A DNA stretch of 64,000 nt, taken from contig OX337228.1 in the NCBI GenBank assembly GCA_946965045.2, forward strand, positions 2,294,001 to 2,358,000. The letters are read 5' to 3'. The position numbers and the translations under genes were made by a program. The DNA is from Epithemia pelagica. Its lineage: Eukaryota > Protista > Bacillariophyta. Of this stretch, positions 20,060 to 32,551 are shown one piece after another. The notes below the pieces were generated by a model. That model was not told the DNA's origin. It made no database searches and saw nothing but the letters and a program-made list of their open reading frames with translations. Position 1 is the first letter of the stretch, and the number at the start of each line of letters is the position of its first letter.

Positions 20060-22058
20060 ATGAAGCTGTATTGGCTTACGATCTCACTCGCAGGATTTAG
20101 TTTCGCAAAAGCGGACGACAATGGTGAATCAGAAGGAGACTGCAAGCTTTGGCTGGCTCCTTCGTCATTGAGCACATCCTCTACAGTTGAGTACGGCCTG
20201 TTTGCAGGGGTTGAATTCAGCAAGGATGACATCATACCTGATGTCGAGTTGGCCATCCCCTACATTGATTTCTTCTTGGACTCAAACAGGGAGACTGAAT
20301 ACACAAAAACAGTCCTTGGTTATTTGGAGCATCAGATGTGGGCAAGTGAATATTCAAGCTCCATGTTTGAGGGTAACGTTAGCACGTCGCCGTTTGTGGG
20401 AGGACTTGGTACCATAGCGAACTACCACGCATTGGTTTCTAATGCACAGTGGCTAAAGGCATCATCGTTTCTCCGCGAGCGTGAAGACATTACCGAACCC
20501 GGAAAGCCACACCTTAGCCGTGGCGCGATCACCAACGTTTATAATTTGACCATGGTCGCAACAGAACGCATTCCGGTTGGGATGGAAATTTTCCCGAACT
20601 TTGGTGATTTGTGGGACTCTGAGGAGCCTTCTACATTTCAAGATAAAATTACGCGCAAAGATATCTATGATGCGGACAAGGTGAGCGTTAAACGCTGTGA
20701 AGGCATGTTTTCTATGGACAGAGATGATTGGATCTTTGGGCCGGCGGTCGTCTGACTCGACCTTTGGATTGGACTCTCCCATTTATATTTAGGTATTGGA
20801 CCGCATTGTCGACTTCTACGATCAATATGAGTCTCAAATGACGGAAGATTTGAAAGAAGATATGCTCGACTTTATGCTTGAAAAAATCCTAGGCGTTGCA
20901 GCTGGGGCCCGCTCCGCCGTCATCCGTTCCCTCATCCCTCAGAATTATAGGAAGATTAGACAAGCGAAGGAAGCCGGTGGGACCTTTCTTTATCGCTTCC
21001 GAGATTCAATTAAGAAAACCAAGTGGTTGGAGGAAAATGGAATTTGTGTCGACACCATGTACCCTGCCAAATCCACGATTGCGGCTGCTGGACGCGGTGC
21101 ATTTGCATCAAGAGATATTGCAAAAGGAGATACGATCACTGTCGTTCCAACCGTCTTGTTTGGATCAAGGGATCTGATGAAAATGTATGATGTTGTTACC
21201 ACCACTGTGGAGGAGGAGGACGGAAGCACAAAAATGAAACATGACTTCAATCGGGATCTTCCTAGAGGACAACAAATTGGCCTTAACTATGCATTCGGTC
21301 ATCCTGAAAGCAGTTTTTTGTTCCTACCTGCCTCACCGATGGTTCATTACATCAACCACAAAAGTACGCCGAACGCGAAGCTTCAATGGTCGACTCATTC
21401 CACCATGGGCTACGACAAGGCCACCTGGGATCACACTGTTGAAGAAGTAATGCTGTTCAAGAGTAACATGGTTGTCTTCGAGATTGAAGCGACTCAGGAC
21501 ATTAAGAAGGGAGACGAGATCTTTTTGCATTACGGGAACGAATGGATTGAAGCTTGGACATCTTATGAAGACCAATGGAAGAAAAAGCATAAAAATAAGC
21601 CCTGGCCGTTGAGAGCTGAAGACGTCAAAATCACGTTCAAAGACAAACCTTTCCCAACGGATTCCACCACTGGTAGCCTACCTCCTGGAGTAGCATTCGG
21701 CTGCTTCATTAAAAGCGAGCAAGTTCCCGATGGAAGTGCATCACTAACGGAGGATGGCACTCCCATCCAACAGTGGACTGGACCGGTGATTTATCAAGAC
21801 TTTGGTGGGAGTATCCTCACAATGTGTGAGCTGAAAGATCGTCGTGACGATGGCTTGGGGAGCTATAACTACACTGTTGTAGCGAACGTGAATCTGGACG
21901 GAGAATACACATACTCTCAAGTCAATGACGTCCCCCACTCAGCAATTACTGTTGTGGATTCACCTTACGCAGGTGATATTCATACACCAGATGCGTTCCG
22001 ACATTTCATTGGAATTCCCAATAAGATTTTCCCTCAGAACTGGCGCGACTTACGTTGA
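20060..22058 (+). CDS. Signal-peptide protein with two SET-like domains, paralogue 2 (2 exons)
   Basis: Exons 20060-20680 and 20793-22058, with a GTGAGC..TTAG intron in phase 0. Signal MKLYWLTISLAGFSFAKA. Motifs YGLFAG, IANYH, EIFPNFG, GRGAFASRDI, YINHKSTPNA, DEIFLHYG. Confidence 0.9.
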
Positions 22059-22134
22059 TCGAAAATGAAGAGCATTCGTATGTTCTAGACACAGTTATCG
22101 GTTAATAGCTTAAGTTTGACCTGGTCGTTTTCTT

Positions 22135-22686
22135 TCACGCTTTATCACCTCCTACTTCACCCACTCGCTGCGCAATATCTTCCAAAACCTTCTCCACTGA
22201 GCTGGATAGCACGCTTTTCGCAACACATCCCACAATAGTATCTAGCACTTCTCCCTCGGAATAGAGTTGTATTGTGGGGATACTGACGACGTTGGCATCA
22301 GCAGCAACTTCTGGTAGGTCATCAGTGCAAACTTCGACAAGGTCTAGCCGTGATGAGAACTCTTTCATAACATCTTTGACCACAGGTACACTTAAGCGGC
22401 AAGGTCCACACCATGGTGCCGTGAAAAAAACCATCACAGGTCTTGTATTTCCGAGGACAAGTCCCTTGTATTCGTCAACCGACTCTATTACTTTTCCTCC
22501 TGTTTTTGCTACCGCCATGAAACACTCTGTAGGCTGTCTTATTCGGGTCGTAAGGGTCCCTCTTGACAGCAAGCAATTAACCTGAGCCCTCCTGCTAAAG
22601 AAAATGAACAGCAATGCGGCTCGTAACCACAACTGAGGAAACGAAAGGGTGCTTCTTCTGGATAGGAAGGCCATTCTTGAATTCAT
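22135..22686 (-). CDS. Thioredoxin (m-like) with N-terminal targeting extension
   Basis: WCGPC active site and VVSIPTIQLY. Hydrophobic N-terminal leader; exact start uncertain. Confidence 0.9.
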   Translation of the reverse strand: MNSRMAFLSRRSTLSFPQLWLRAALLFIFFSRRAQVNCLLSRGTLTTRIRQPTECFMAVAKTGGKVIESVDEYKGLVLGNTRPVMVFFTAPWCGPCRLSVPVVKDVMKEFSSRLDLVEVCTDDLPEVAADANVVSIPTIQLYSEGEVLDTIVGCVAKSVLSSSVEKVLEDIAQRVGEVGGDKA

Positions 22687-22899
22687 GAAATATATTAGGA
22701 GTCCTGAACGAATTGGTTGGTCGGAATGGTGACCACCAGAGAGTGTGAAAAATGCTGTCAATCAATAATCAACGGCAGCCGGCGAGTGCCATGGTCCTTC
22801 TAAACACGAGAAAAACGGATGATATGTTGACGTGTCAAATGTCAACAAAGAAGTGGACGTCCGTCCGTCGCCATAGACTTTCTTCCAACCCACAGAAGG

Positions 22900-23130
22900 C
22901 CTAACTACCTAGGGGAAAACTAGCGGAGCTACTCCTAGAACTACTCCCAGCTATATCTCCTTAGCTGCCGATTATCCTCTCTCTAGAGGAGTGTAATATA
23001 AATGGAAGCAAGGGTGCGTTTTACGCCATGTTAACTAGGAGTACGCTGTTAATGACCCCTGCCGATGCGGTGATCAGAAGACCGTCTCAACTCACAACAT
23101 GAATGAAGGCAAACCGAACTAGGAGTAGCC
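22900..23130. promoter_or_regulatory. TAG-rich intergenic island with three TAGGAGTA/TACTCCTA octamers, upstream of thioredoxin
   Basis: Exact copies at 22930 (reverse), 23036 and 23120; near-copy tactccca at 22942. Confidence 0.5.
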
Positions 23131-23168
23131 AAGGGTCCCATGCTTTCCTCCTTGCATTACACAGGTTG

Positions 23169-26100
23169 CTATAGTTCCTGTTGCTTCATTTGCACCGAGT
23201 AACATTCAATTTCATCACCGACTTCGAAGTCGTTGTGACCGTCCAGAGAGAGACCACATTCTTTGCCTTGAGCCACTTCAGTAACATCTTCCTTGAAGTG
23301 TTTCAGGCTTGTTGACTGGATCAAATCTTCGCGTGATATAACATCTTCACCTCGCAGAACTCTAAAGTAGCATTTATGTTGTCCCTGGTCAGCAGGAGTG
23401 CGGTTTCTGAACAAGGTCCCCTCCTGAACTTTCAAACCCGCGACTCTTGTGGCGAGACCGCCAATATCATAAACTGCACCAACAGTTGCACGTCCATGGA
23501 CTGTCCGCTCCTCTACCTTTGGGAGATACGAGCTAAATTGTTCTTGGGCTGCCTCTAATAGACGGTAAATGACATCGTTGCTCAATAACGGCAATCCCTC
23601 TTTTTCGGCAAGCTTGGACCCCGCTGATTTGCCAGTGTTGAAACAGACAATTGTTGCGCCACTTTCCTTTGCAAGGTCTACCTCGGTTTCTAAGAGAGGG
23701 CCGACACCCTCAAAAATAGGATCAATGACAACATTGTGTTCTGATTCAGACCCAAGCCTGAGGAGAGAATCTCGTAGAGCTGATAGCGTTCCATCGGCGT
23801 CGGCTCTTATGATAACAGGGATTCGGAGGGGGGCGGTATCAGTGTCCTCATTTTCGTCCATTCCATGTTTCAGTTTAAATTTATCACGCCACTCTGGCTT
23901 CATCATCTGTTTTCCCGCGCTCTGAAGCTCAGCCTGACCCAAGGCATCCGTAGTGGATGAGTTTTCAAGAACAGCACGCTCTGCTTCAAGTGCTCTTTCT
24001 TTTGCTTTCTCCCTAAATTCATCTTCTGATACACACACAATCGGATCGCCAGCTTTTGGTATTGTGTCAAATCCTGTTAGACGAACTGGCTGGGAAGGAG
24101 TCCCAGTCTTGATCGACTGGCCATGGACGTCTTTTAATATCCGAACCTTTCCAGTGTTTGGTCCCGAAAGGATATGGTCGCCAGCTTTTATCACGCCCCA
24201 TCTGATCACACAATCCACAACAATCCCAAGCCCTTTTTCCATGCGAGCGTCCATAATATACCCTTCAGCTCTATCGTCACATGATGCCCGGAGGTCCATA
24301 ACTTCACTTTGCAACGCCACACCTTCTATAAGCTCGTCCACTCCTTTCCCGGTCAGTCCTGAAATTGGGAAAAGCTGTACGGGTGGTCCGTGAGATCCTT
24401 CAGTCGATCCACTCATGCCCTCTGTAAAAATTCCATGCTCAAGTAGTTGTGATTCAATGCGAGTTCGCGCTTCGTCGACATTTATACCGTGTTTATCAAT
24501 TTTGTTCATTGCAACGACCAGCGAAATACCACCACCGCCTGCTTTTACTATTGATTTGTAGAACTCCAAAATCTCCACTGTCTGAGGTGATACTCCGTCA
24601 TCAGCAGCTACAACTAGTACGATGATATCGGCTGCGTCAGAGCCAGACTGGCGCATTGATCGAAAGGCCGCATGACCAGGAGTATCTAAGAACGTAACCA
24701 CTCCCAGTTCTTGGCCAGGCAAAGGTACCTGGAAAGCACTTATCACCTGTGTGATTCCTCCAGCCTCCGTCCCGGCAACATCCTTGACCTCGTCGGAAGA
24801 AGCCTTTTTGCCCTTTTTCTTTGACTTCTTCTCGCTCTTTTTGTCTTCGCCTCGGGAACGGCGGCGCAAGGTCTGAAATTAATGAGAATCACAATCGGTG
24901 AGATAAAGATTTACCACGCGTCGGATACCGCGGAGGCTTCACCAAGAGGTCAAGTCACAACGATAATAGCAATCATTCATACGTACATCCATAAGAGTGG
25001 TTTTTCCGTGATCGACATGACCCATGATACAGACCACGGGTGGACGCGGAGGGAGTGCTACATACTCAGATGCTCCGTCGTTAGTTGCAGCTCGGCGTTG
25101 CAGGAGAACTTCCTGATCGGTAGCCTTGTCAGCGGATTCATCAACCTCAAAATCTAAGCCCAGTTCCAAGGCCACTAGTTGAAGCACATCGGGTTGCACC
25201 ATAGTCTCACGGTCCGGGAGTCTGACCCTTGGAAGCTCACCTAGCGACCGCAAGATGGACCTCAGTTTCTTTGTGGAAACTCGTACAAGATCTGCCAGAT
25301 CCGTCAAATTTAATGCGAAGTTTGGTAGCATCACGGTTTTTGCCTTGGCTGCGGCGGATGCCGGTTTGGATGAACGTTCCAGAGATTTGAGAAACTTCAT
25401 CTCAAAAAGTTCTGCCTAGGAGCGCAAAGAAAAAGACAGGAAACACAAAAAACAAAGATAATGGTAAGCAAAACCTTGACTCCAAAAGGGTCATCAACGG
25501 CTCCCCCCAGAACGGAAATCACTTACCTCAGCTTTTTGTCGTGCCGGTGTTTCAAAATCTCTTCTATTATCAACAGGTAGGGATGACAAAATGGGGATTT
25601 TGTCAAGAATAGGTCCTGGGCTACCTTCTGTAGTTTTTCGTTTTTCTTGTAACTTCTGCACATAACTGTAAATGTAAGACTTACCATCACCAAAGTTCAT
25701 TTCATCGTCTTCCTTTTCCTTCGGTTCGTTTTTCGGATCCTGTGCGGGTTGTTCGGTCTGCCTGGTTGCCCCTTGTGTGTTTTTCAGCAAATCAGTAATC
25801 GGATTTGGCATCGGTCCTTCATTCCTCTCTGGTTTAGAGGAAGAATAAGTAGAGGACTGAGCCGCTGCTTGGGTCTTGTTTTGTCGAGCGGACAAGAAAT
25901 GGTTGCGGACCGTCTGAATCAGATCGTTGGTGACTCGTTTCGCAGTATTGGTCGTTTGTGCGGTTGTCGATGGTACTCCCTCCGTCATTGTAGCTGTTTG
26001 GGTCGTACTACTGGCACCACCTTGGGACACGTTGTTGTTACTTCTGGCGGTTGGAACCTCTCGTCGTGGTGAAAGCTTTTGAGTGACAGTCGTTGTACGC

Positions 26101-27158
26101 CAGGAGGGACGCAAGTTGGATCTGGGTGAATAAGTTTGTGCCACGTCGGAATCATTCTTGGACGTGGGCATTTCTGGATTCGAGTTGGTGGTTGTCCTTG
26201 TCCTTGTCGTCAAGGGATCTGGTTTCTCGGAAAGCACAGTACGCGATTGTCCCGGTCGAGCATCACGAATACCGTCTCCTACCGGGCCTTGTGGTTGTGG
26301 CGGACTTGGAGAAAAAGTCCGGGTATCAGGCTGACTAGTATTAGTATTTGCAGTGTGTGACTGTGGTGATGATGCCGCAAAGGATGACTGTGGTTGCGGA
26401 TACGGCTGTGAATGTCGGTGTTGTGGATAATACTGCGGTTGTGGATAGTATTGATTCGGTTGTGCATGTTGGGGAACGAAATCACGTTGGTGGTTTGGAT
26501 AAGGATTGGATTGCGGAGTAAATTGTGTGCCTTGGTTTCGCGATTGTGCAAACTGGCCCTGGGCTGAATATGGAAAATTGTTGTTGTGGTGATTGTTTTG
26601 TGAGTTCCATTGATTCGGATCCGGATTGGATGCCAGAAACTGAGAATGTCCCTGTTGACCATAATGATGATTGCCGTGGTGGCGTTGGTGTGTCGGTCTC
26701 TGGCGTTGTCGAGAGCCTTTTTGCTTTTGTCTTTGATGTTGTTGTTGTCCTTGTTGACCATGATGATGCTTGGGCGTGGCTGGGGCATTCTTGTTGTGGT
26801 TGTTGTGACTCGCAGTATTCGACGAGGTGGTCACAGTTGGCTCGGCGTGGGGTTGTTGGGGTGGTGGTCCTTGTTCTGGGTTGGTTTGTGACTGAGACGG
26901 AGCACTGTTCGAGGAAGCATCCTGTGAGGCCGAACTACTACTAGATCGACCCCACACAAGTCGTTGCCGTCGTTGTCGACATGTCCATGAGGTCACCGCA
27001 TTGGGATTGGCCAGTTGTTGTTCTTCTCTCTCGGCGGCAGTGGGAAGGCAGCAGGACGATCTCACAAGTAATGACGTCAAAGGCCTTCTCGGTTGGTTCA
27101 GCAAAAGGGGAATTATTCTATGGGACGGAGGTGACGAACACGAGACAAGTCGAAGCAT
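23169..27158 (-). CDS. infB: Organellar (probably mitochondrial) translation initiation factor IF-2 with long Q/N/H-rich N-terminus (3 exons)
   Basis: Exons 27158-25527, 25415-24987 and 24872-23169 (GT-AG, phase 0). G-domain motifs GHVDHGKT, DTPGH, NKID. C-terminal SLKHFKEDVTEVAQGKECGL. Confidence 0.9.
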
Positions 27159-27455
27159 GGTTCGAGGGTTCCTCTTTGTTGTCGTTGTCTAGCAACGTCG
27201 ACAAAAGATCGTCACAAGTCACAACCAAAATGAGAAAGAAAATCGATACCTTATATCGGTGTGATGGAGGGAGAAAACCATGCCTGACCTTCCACGTGGA
27301 GGAAAGTGGACTCCGGATACCTACTCTTTGTTGGACAGTAGAGAAACGCACCGACCTCCTGTTGGTCGCGGTATTATCGTAGTTGCAGTTCGGCATGTTT
27401 TGTGATGATCGGATTGTTGTTACGCTGTCAAAAGGAAGCTTCTAATTGTCCAATA

Positions 27456-28106
27456 ATGTTGCGGCGGAACATGATCTTCCATACATGTGTCTGGCTGGCA
27501 CTTGCGGCAGTACAACATGTATCGTTGGTCCAAGCCGTTCGATTCTGGCCGTTGGACCGAAACAAGAATGACTATACGCCGCTCGTGTTCTTCACACTCC
27601 CTCCCGGACTCAGTCCCGAAGTCGATGCCATGGAACAGGCGGTTCGGAAAGTCGAACGACAACTCCATGTCCGAGTGGAACGAATGGATCTTTTGCGTCA
27701 GCCTGAATCGGAAGCTGTCTTGCGTTCCGTGGGACGGGGCATGGCAGCCCCTCCCTACCTGTACCACCGAGAATCCCTCCAAGTCTATTCCATGACACCG
27801 ACAAAGTCTGGCGGCGGCGACGACGACGAAGAGTCGGAGGCTGCTCGCCGCTACTCGGTTCCAGTCGACGTGGACCGCATTCGAGCATGGGCCAAAGGAC
27901 GCTACTTACCTCCCAAAGTGGAACAAAAGATTGGAGGAATCAAAGTGTTTGCACCAACCAGGGTCGCTTCGAGAGGGGACGACGGCAACACGGAGGACGA
28001 GGATGAACTTTTGGAAGAGCTCACCATGACACCTTTGCAACGAAAAGGCAAACAAGCCATGAAAGAACGAACTGAAGAGCTCGCTAGTCGAAATGCCGAT
28101 AGCTAA
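27456..28106 (+). CDS. Signal-peptide protein with a thioredoxin-like fold lacking CxxC
   Basis: Leader ending VSLVQA. PLVFFTLPPGLSPEVDAMEQAVRKVERQLHVRVERMDLL and PPYLYHRES resemble a Trx/glutaredoxin-like beta-alpha-beta unit. Acidic/basic tail. Confidence 0.6.
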   Translation: MLRRNMIFHTCVWLALAAVQHVSLVQAVRFWPLDRNKNDYTPLVFFTLPPGLSPEVDAMEQAVRKVERQLHVRVERMDLLRQPESEAVLRSVGRGMAAPPYLYHRESLQVYSMTPTKSGGGDDDEESEAARRYSVPVDVDRIRAWAKGRYLPPKVEQKIGGIKVFAPTRVASRGDDGNTEDEDELLEELTMTPLQRKGKQAMKERTEELASRNADS

Positions 28107-28313
28107 CAGGACCGGTAGACAAGAATTTAACTTCTCCTTAGAATAGGAGGAGGATACATTCCATCCATTCCTATAGATTCAACGAGTGGCGCACAATGTT
28201 TGACGTAGAAGAAGTACATCCTGATAGGACAAAGCTGAGGGAAGTCCACTTGGTGGGACCCCATTTTTACTATGCACTTCTCGGAAAAAAAGTCGGGTAA
28301 ATGTTCCTCCCTC

Positions 28314-30956
28314 TTAGAACTTGGCATTCTTGGCCCACCGAGGGAACGGAATCACGTCACGGATATTCGACAATCCTGTTACAAAGAGAATCAAACGCTC
28401 AAATCCCAAACCAAATCCGGCATGAGGAATGGTTCCAAAACGACGAAGGTCAAGATACCACCAAACCGCACGAGGATCCAAACCCGACTCCGCACAACGT
28501 TCCTTCAATACATCCAGTCGATGTTCACGTTGAGAGCCGCCAATAATTTCTCCAATCTTGGGGACCAACACATCTGCCGCAGCCACTGTTTTTCCATCAT
28601 CGTTGAGCTTCATGTAGAAGGCCTTGATCTCTTTCGGATAGTCAGTCAGAACCACCGGTTGCTGAAACACTTTCTCACAAATGTAGCGCTCATGCTCAGA
28701 CGGAAGATCAATACCCCAAACGGGTTTTTCTTCAAATTCGACGCCATCTTCTTCTACGGCCTTTTGCAGAATTTCAATTGCTTCTGTATAGGTCAAGCGC
28801 TATTAAATAAACGGATTGCAACAGTGTAAGTGCCTGGGATAACAAACGACCAATACACAGACATGGAATGGTGTGCACAATGGAGAGCATCGTTCCGAGA
28901 GTATAAAACAACAAACTTTCTCGACAGAAGAAACATTCTTTCCGAGAGATTCCCATTGAATGTTTTGTTCGTCCTCACGAGTTCTCTTGGTAGTCGAGCA
29001 GAAAACAACGTGGACTTACCTTAAATGGACTCTCCAACACATTGCGAAGTCGGGCGCGGAGTCCTTGCTCTCCATGAGGACTATTCTCAAAGAATTCCAA
29101 ATCTGCCGCACAGTTCTCCAAGGCAAATTGAACGCAGTACTTCAAGTAGTCTTCCGCCAAGTTAATATCATCTGAGAGATCCGCAAAGGCAATTTCCGGC
29201 TCAATCATCCAAAACTCGGACAAGTGACGAGACGTGAAGCTGTATTCCGCACGAAAGGTTGGACCAAAAGTGTATACATCTGATAAGGCACATGCATGTG
29301 TCTCCACATTCAACTGCCCGGAGACAGTCAGGTTCACGCGCTGACCAAAAAAGTCTTTGGTGTAGTCCACAGCACCTACAACAGCTTCCTCTTCGGGAGG
29401 TTTGTTGGGGTCGCCTCCACCCTTCTTCTTTTGTTTCGCCAATCGCTTTTGCTCGCTTTTTGAAATAGATTTCTCTGGTTCGGCGGGTGGTGCATTGACG
29501 GGCAACGCCACGCCCGGCTGGAGATGGTCGTTTCCCAACAAACCAGTGACACCAAATTGCTCCCCTGCTCCTTCGCAATCAGCACCCGTAATGATGGGAG
29601 TATGAATGTACAAAAAGCCATGATTGTGAAAAAAGTTGTGTGTGGCGTAGGCCATGCAATGTCGAATCCGCATGGCGGCAGCATGAACCGCGGTACGGGC
29701 TCGCAAATGGGCGACATCACGAATATGTTCCAACGTATGCTCTTTTTTGCCGAGTGGATAAAACCCACCACCGACCGTAGTACCTTCAATGTTACCCGCA
29801 TAAACAGCGCCCAGTAACTTTGCCTCCAACACTTGCAACTCAACTGCCTGACCAGCTCCTTGCGATTGAATGAGTTTCCCAGTGAATGAAAAGGATGCAC
29901 CCGTACCACCACTGGTCTTGCATCCGTCAAAGCCCTCACAGTCATTCGCATGCAAGACGCATTGTAGAGATTCGTTGCAGGATCCATCATTGATTTGGAC
30001 AAATAAAAGTTTGCTACTGGCCTTTCGAACGGTGCGCGCCCAACCTGCCACCGACACGGATTGATCCATGTAGTTGCCGCCGTCATTGGCAATGAGTTCT
30101 TTGATACGAATACGATTGCGACGGTACATTTTGTTGACAACAGCAGGAGGCGCACCGTTAAACAGAACTCCTTGGGCTGCAGATGAAACAGAAGTCGTGG
30201 GAACTGCAGATTTGCCATTGAACCAGGTTTGATTCTTGAGTGTTTCATAGAGGCGAAGTACATTTCCGCAGGCTCCCTCTGCTTCTTGTTCAAAAGTCCA
30301 CAGCTTGGCTTTAACTGCCACGTCGAGAGACACAGCCAATGAGATATCAGCAACTGAAATGGAATTACCGACAAGATAAGTACGATAAAGCAAGTGCTGA
30401 TCGAGTTTGGTCATGGCCGATGTGAACTCGGCGTCGAGCACTGGGTCCTTCTTGGTTTGTTGTTGAAGCATTGCTTTCAAGGGCAAATCAAAGCTAGACC
30501 ACAAAAAAGATAGCCAACCTTCCACTTGAGCTTTTTCAACAGCCGATGAGCCAAAGAGTGACGAGGACGACAGAGGCGATGCCAATTGGCCCACGAGTCG
30601 CAAGGCCGAATCCAATTTGTAGATACGCAAATTGTCGCCATACGACAAAGTCCATGCTGCGGATGAGGATGGGATCAGAGGGGCCAAGCAAGGGGCTGTC
30701 TTGGACAAATCCGGAGCCGATGAAGCCTGTTGCAGCGGAATTTGCGCACAGGCAGCAGCAACCAAGATCTGGAAACCACAAGAAATGCCAACCAAAGACA
30801 ACAAAGCGACAGTTGAGCAGCGCGATTGAATATGGGGCGTGTCCACATGACAGATATTCATCATTCGTCAACAACACTTACTTTCCGAGCATCAGGATTC
30901 GATTGTAGGTCGCTGCCCGAAAGAACAAGCGATTTGCTGGAAGACAAAGCTGTCAT
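28314..30956 (-). CDS. NARS: Asparaginyl-tRNA synthetase with N-terminal GST-C-like domain (3 exons)
   Basis: Exons 30956-30882, 30768-29020 and 28799-28314. OB-fold [11 protein letters not shown]; LTVSGQL; [24 protein letters not shown]; [11 protein letters not shown]-like [23 protein letters not shown]. Confidence 0.93.
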
Positions 30957-31215
30957 GGTGAACTCAGTCAAAAGAGCTCACAGATCTGGCGAGAGCGAGA
31001 GGTGTGCGTCGCAAAGCGCAAAAGCTGCAAACGTGCGCGTGCGCCTGTCGTCCGTCACACCTCCTTTTGTGCGACCACCCCGAGAATACCTTTGCGCAAA
31101 TACAGGTAGCTAATCGATGTTGATAGCCTTTCGTTTGATGAGCTCAACCATCATCTTGATGAACGGCCGACAAACATATCCTTGTCTCTGAACTTGGAAT
31201 ACAGTACTTGGATCA

Positions 31216-32442
31216 ATGATGACTCGGTGCTTCACGGGGACAACGCTTCTCGTGGGGAGGACAAGTGCCACTGTCCGGAGCCAAGTTGCCATGGAGAGAA
31301 GTTCGAGGTATACAAAAAACTGCGAGAGACGGTGTCCGAGGTTCACTTCATCATCAACAAACTTCTCTTCACCATATCAGTCAAGGTCGCTCTCATCTTC
31401 TTCGTCTTCTGGTATGTCGTCAAAGGAGGAAGGATCGATGAACGCAACAAACTCAACGTCCAGAATAGATCAATCACCAGTACGCCGTTACCCTCGATCT
31501 GGACGAAAACCTGTCCCCGATCACATTGGACGGCCTCCCTATGCCGCGACTGGCATGGTGCCAATGCCTGATATGGATCGCATCTATCGACACGACAAGG
31601 AATCGATAGATCGTATGCGACAGGCGGCTCGGTTGGCACGTCGAGCCTTGGATTTGGCTTGTTCCATTGCCAAGCCAGGGATGACGACGGATGCCATTGA
31701 TACCGTTGTACATAATGCCCTCATTGAAGCAGGTGCCTATCCCAGTCCACTCAATTATTCTGGCTTTCCCAAATCGCTTTGTTCGTCTGTGAATGAAGTT
31801 GTTTGTCACGGCATCCCCGATACGCGTCCCTTGCAATTTGGTGATATTGTTTCATTTGATGTCAGTTGCTTCTTGAATGGTGTGCACGGAGATAATTGTG
31901 CAACAATCATTGTTGGGGATGAGCCAGATGGTTTCGAAAGTTCAACTGCAATATCCGAGAATGAGAAAGCATGGCCTTTGGCAGACATGGACTGGAGAGG
32001 AGTTCCGTACAAGGATGATTTGCGGCCTGACGAGGAGCACCATTTTCAAATGGTGCGTCAACTCAGTCGAGCAACACGTGAATCATTGTATGCGGCAATC
32101 AAGGTGTGCCGACCAGGCGCGTGCTTGACGGAAATTGGGAGTGCCATTCACGCTGTGGCCGACCAATACGGATACTCGTCGGTGCGAAAGTACATGGGAC
32201 ATGGAATTTGCCACGAATTCCACTGTCCGCCGTTTGTCAAACATTTCCGAAACAAAGATACCTTAAGATTGGAACCTGGTATGATTTTTACGATTGAGCC
32301 CATGCTCGTTATGGGCAAACAAGACACGTATGAATGGAGTGATCAATGGACCGTTGTTACGAACGATGAGAGTTTGGCGGCCCAATTTGAACACACAATT
32401 CTTATAACGGAGGATTCCAGGGAAATTCTGACCCTTCCCTGA
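31216..32442 (+). CDS. MAP1D: Type-1 methionine aminopeptidase, organellar (MAP1D-like)
   Basis: FPKSLCSSVNEVVCHGIPD, GDIVSFDVS, HGDNC, GHGI, FTIEPM, AQFEHTILIT. Arg/Ser-rich presequence. Confidence 0.92.
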   Translation: MMTRCFTGTTLLVGRTSATVRSQVAMERSSRYTKNCERRCPRFTSSSTNFSSPYQSRSLSSSSSSGMSSKEEGSMNATNSTSRIDQSPVRRYPRSGRKPVPDHIGRPPYAATGMVPMPDMDRIYRHDKESIDRMRQAARLARRALDLACSIAKPGMTTDAIDTVVHNALIEAGAYPSPLNYSGFPKSLCSSVNEVVCHGIPDTRPLQFGDIVSFDVSCFLNGVHGDNCATIIVGDEPDGFESSTAISENEKAWPLADMDWRGVPYKDDLRPDEEHHFQMVRQLSRATRESLYAAIKVCRPGACLTEIGSAIHAVADQYGYSSVRKYMGHGICHEFHCPPFVKHFRNKDTLRLEPGMIFTIEPMLVMGKQDTYEWSDQWTVVTNDESLAAQFEHTILITEDSREILTLP

Positions 32443-32551
32443 CAGATCACAAGCTAAATAATTCCTCTTGCTATGTACACTTTACCTGTATGATGATACA
32501 TCGAAGGTACCGTAGCTTGGGGTAATAGCCCAGCACTTCTTGACAACAATG

